From Gracilinanus agilis (Eukaryota): a stretch of DNA of 64,000 bases. Below the pieces are notes generated by a model, which saw nothing but the letters and a program-made list of their open reading frames with translations, had not been told where the DNA came from and ran no database searches. The number at the start of each line of letters is the position of its first letter. The first letter of the stretch is position 1. The position numbers and the translations under genes were made by a program. Shown piece by piece: positions 62,401 through 64,000 of the stretch. The stretch spans positions 485,857,547 to 485,921,546 of the forward strand of contig NC_058133.1 in assembly GCF_016433145.1 (NCBI RefSeq), given 5' to 3'.

Positions 62401-63804
62401 TCCTTCCTCAAGGACAGTTTGGCTTTGCTTTCTGGCAGTTCTAGCATCCAACATAATGCTTACCACAGAGTATTAGGTGCTTAATGTTTGTTTACTGATT
62501 GAATAAGAGCCCAGATATGATGCCTATCTATAACCTCCAATTTATCAGATCTGTAACTTATTTGTATAGTTATTTTTCATGCCATCCCCCGCCATCAGAC
62601 TGTGACCTCCTCCAGGGCAAGGGCTGTCTTTTGCCCTGCTTTATATCCCAAGAATTTGCCAGAGGCCTAATACTCAGTAGGTGTTTAATAAATGCTTGTG
62701 GATTGGCTGTTAGGTGTGGGGGTTACAAAGGCATACCCACTAACTGGCCTGGTGGCACTGGGCAAATCAATTTCTCAAAAACATACAAATTAGTGCTAAT
62801 TTTCTATGATTTCAAGTTGTAAAAACAAAGGAGTTCCCTACCTTAAGGAGCTTACTACCTAGGCAGTGTGCTAGGGGCTGAACCTGGAGGTTAGTTCTAA
62901 CTTTTCATGATTCTAGACCTAAATATCAAACAGTCGCCACCCTCAAGGGACTTCTTTTCTGTTACTGTATGGACCAAGCCTTCAAGGCCAGCCTCCTAAG
63001 AACTTACTTGCCCATTACTGCATGGTCCAGGCACAGGAAGAAGAAAGACAAAAAACAGAGTCCCTGCCCTTGAGGGCCTTGTCAATTACTATATAGTTCA
63101 AATTCAAATACTATATAGTTCAAACACTAGATTTAGGCACTAGGGGAAAAGATCAAAACAAGAGTGTCTGCCCTCCAGAACCTTCCACTCGATTTGTCTT
63201 TTACACTGCCGTCCAGGCACTGGTTAACGAACTTGACAGCCAAATAGAAAACCAAGCACCTCTGCCCTCTAGGAGCTTCCATTCTACTTGTTGTCTATTA
63301 CTGTAGGGTCTAGGCACCAGGGCTAGAAATACAAGAGTCCCTGTCTTCGAGAAGCTTCTACTCTACTTGTCCATTACTGTAACATCCAGCCACTGTGGTC
63401 TGGCCACTGGGCAGCCAAACACAAGGAGAAGAGCGCCTCTCCTCGAGGAGCTTCCACTCTACTCGACTAGCGCCCAATGGCCTAGCCACAGGGGAGCTAA
63501 AGACGCAAAGAAGAGTCCCCAGCCCTGTCCTCAAGGGGCATAGACTCCACCGGATCAACACCAAAATTTCGAAGAACAGCTCTTCAGGAGCAGGGGCCCC
63601 GAGCCCCCCTCCCGCCCCTCTCACTTCCCCCGCCCCTCCCCCTCACCGGGAGGAGAGGTGTCTCCGCGCTGTGGCCGCGACAGGGGTCGCCGGGGGGAAG
63701 GTCGCGAGGGGCCGCAGTGCCCGGGCCGCCGCCAGCGGCCGGGACCACCAGCAGCAGCAGCGGCTGCCCACGGCTAGGGCCCGCCGGGCCACACAGCCCG
63801 CCAT
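56467..63804 (-). CDS. POLDIP2: Polymerase delta-interacting protein 2 (367 aa)
   Basis: Exons 63804-63647, 61123-61042, 60388-60291, 59886-59790, 59574-59499, 59115-59008, 58747-58611, 58021-57995, 57751-57626, 57180-57101, 56581-56467. MAGCVARRALAVGS..TPPSGLHW*; 1104 nt in frame; all GT-AG. Confidence 0.98.
62150..62705 (+). mobile_element. LINE-2 3' fragments
   Basis: agactgtgagctcc.., agactgtgacctcctccagggcaagg and agtaggtgtttaataaatgcttg L2 termini. Confidence 0.65.
62780..63550. repeat. Degenerate tandem array (~8 units, ~85-110 bp) of an L2-tail-like unit
   Basis: Recurrent g(t)c(c/t)aggcac...aagagtccctgccct..ggagcttcca.tctac. Confidence 0.7.
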
Positions 63805-64000
63805 GTCGGCGCCTGGGCCGCCGCGGACACGCGGACTCGGTCACGGTCACAGACGCGGATGCCTACGCGGAGTCCTGCGCGCCGCCTCCGCCGCGCGGCG
63901 CCCCGCCCCCGTCCCAGAGGGCTCAGCGTGCCGCGCTCCCCGCCCGCCGCGGCCGCTCTAGGGTTCCCCCCGGAAGTGCCTCGCCGGCTCCACTGGTCAC
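63550..64000 (-). promoter_or_regulatory. POLDIP2: CpG island / POLDIP2 promoter and exon 1
   Basis: CpG-dense; CCGGAAGTG ETS/GABP motif at 63970-63978. Confidence 0.88.

Noticed and set aside
1-64000. CRISPR arrays, rRNA genes, operons, NUMTs
   Set aside because: Mammalian genomic DNA; no repeat-spacer structure, rRNA or mitochondrial-like sequence was recognised.

Overview
Eukaryotic, mammalian DNA with low CpG outside islands and two N-gaps. The SINE, hAT and L1 repeat types point to a didelphid marsupial, most likely Monodelphis domestica (inference). The window holds the conserved block NLK (last four exons, +) - TMEM97 (+) - IFT20 (-) - TNFAIP1 (+) - POLDIP2 (-). All coding exons were read by hand, have GT-AG boundaries and join in frame. 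Three CpG-island promoters are present, and IFT20/TNFAIP1 share a bidirectional one. Main hunt results: (1) a ~500 bp fold-back in NLK intron 8, with ~207 bp arms about 95% identical and a decayed tRNA-Met-like gene in the loop; (2) an antisense, decayed ORF in the preceding NLK intron that by eye resembles PNMA/Gypsy Gag; (3) two AATAAA hexamers for TMEM97 spelled by conserved Phe-Ile codons of IFT20 on the other strand; (4) an interlocked bidirectional poly(A) site between TNFAIP1 and POLDIP2; (5) a pre-miRNA-like hairpin, a hAT MITE carrying foreign filler DNA, and a degenerate tandem array of L2 tails. Family names and reference sequences come from memory and manual comparison; no searches were run.
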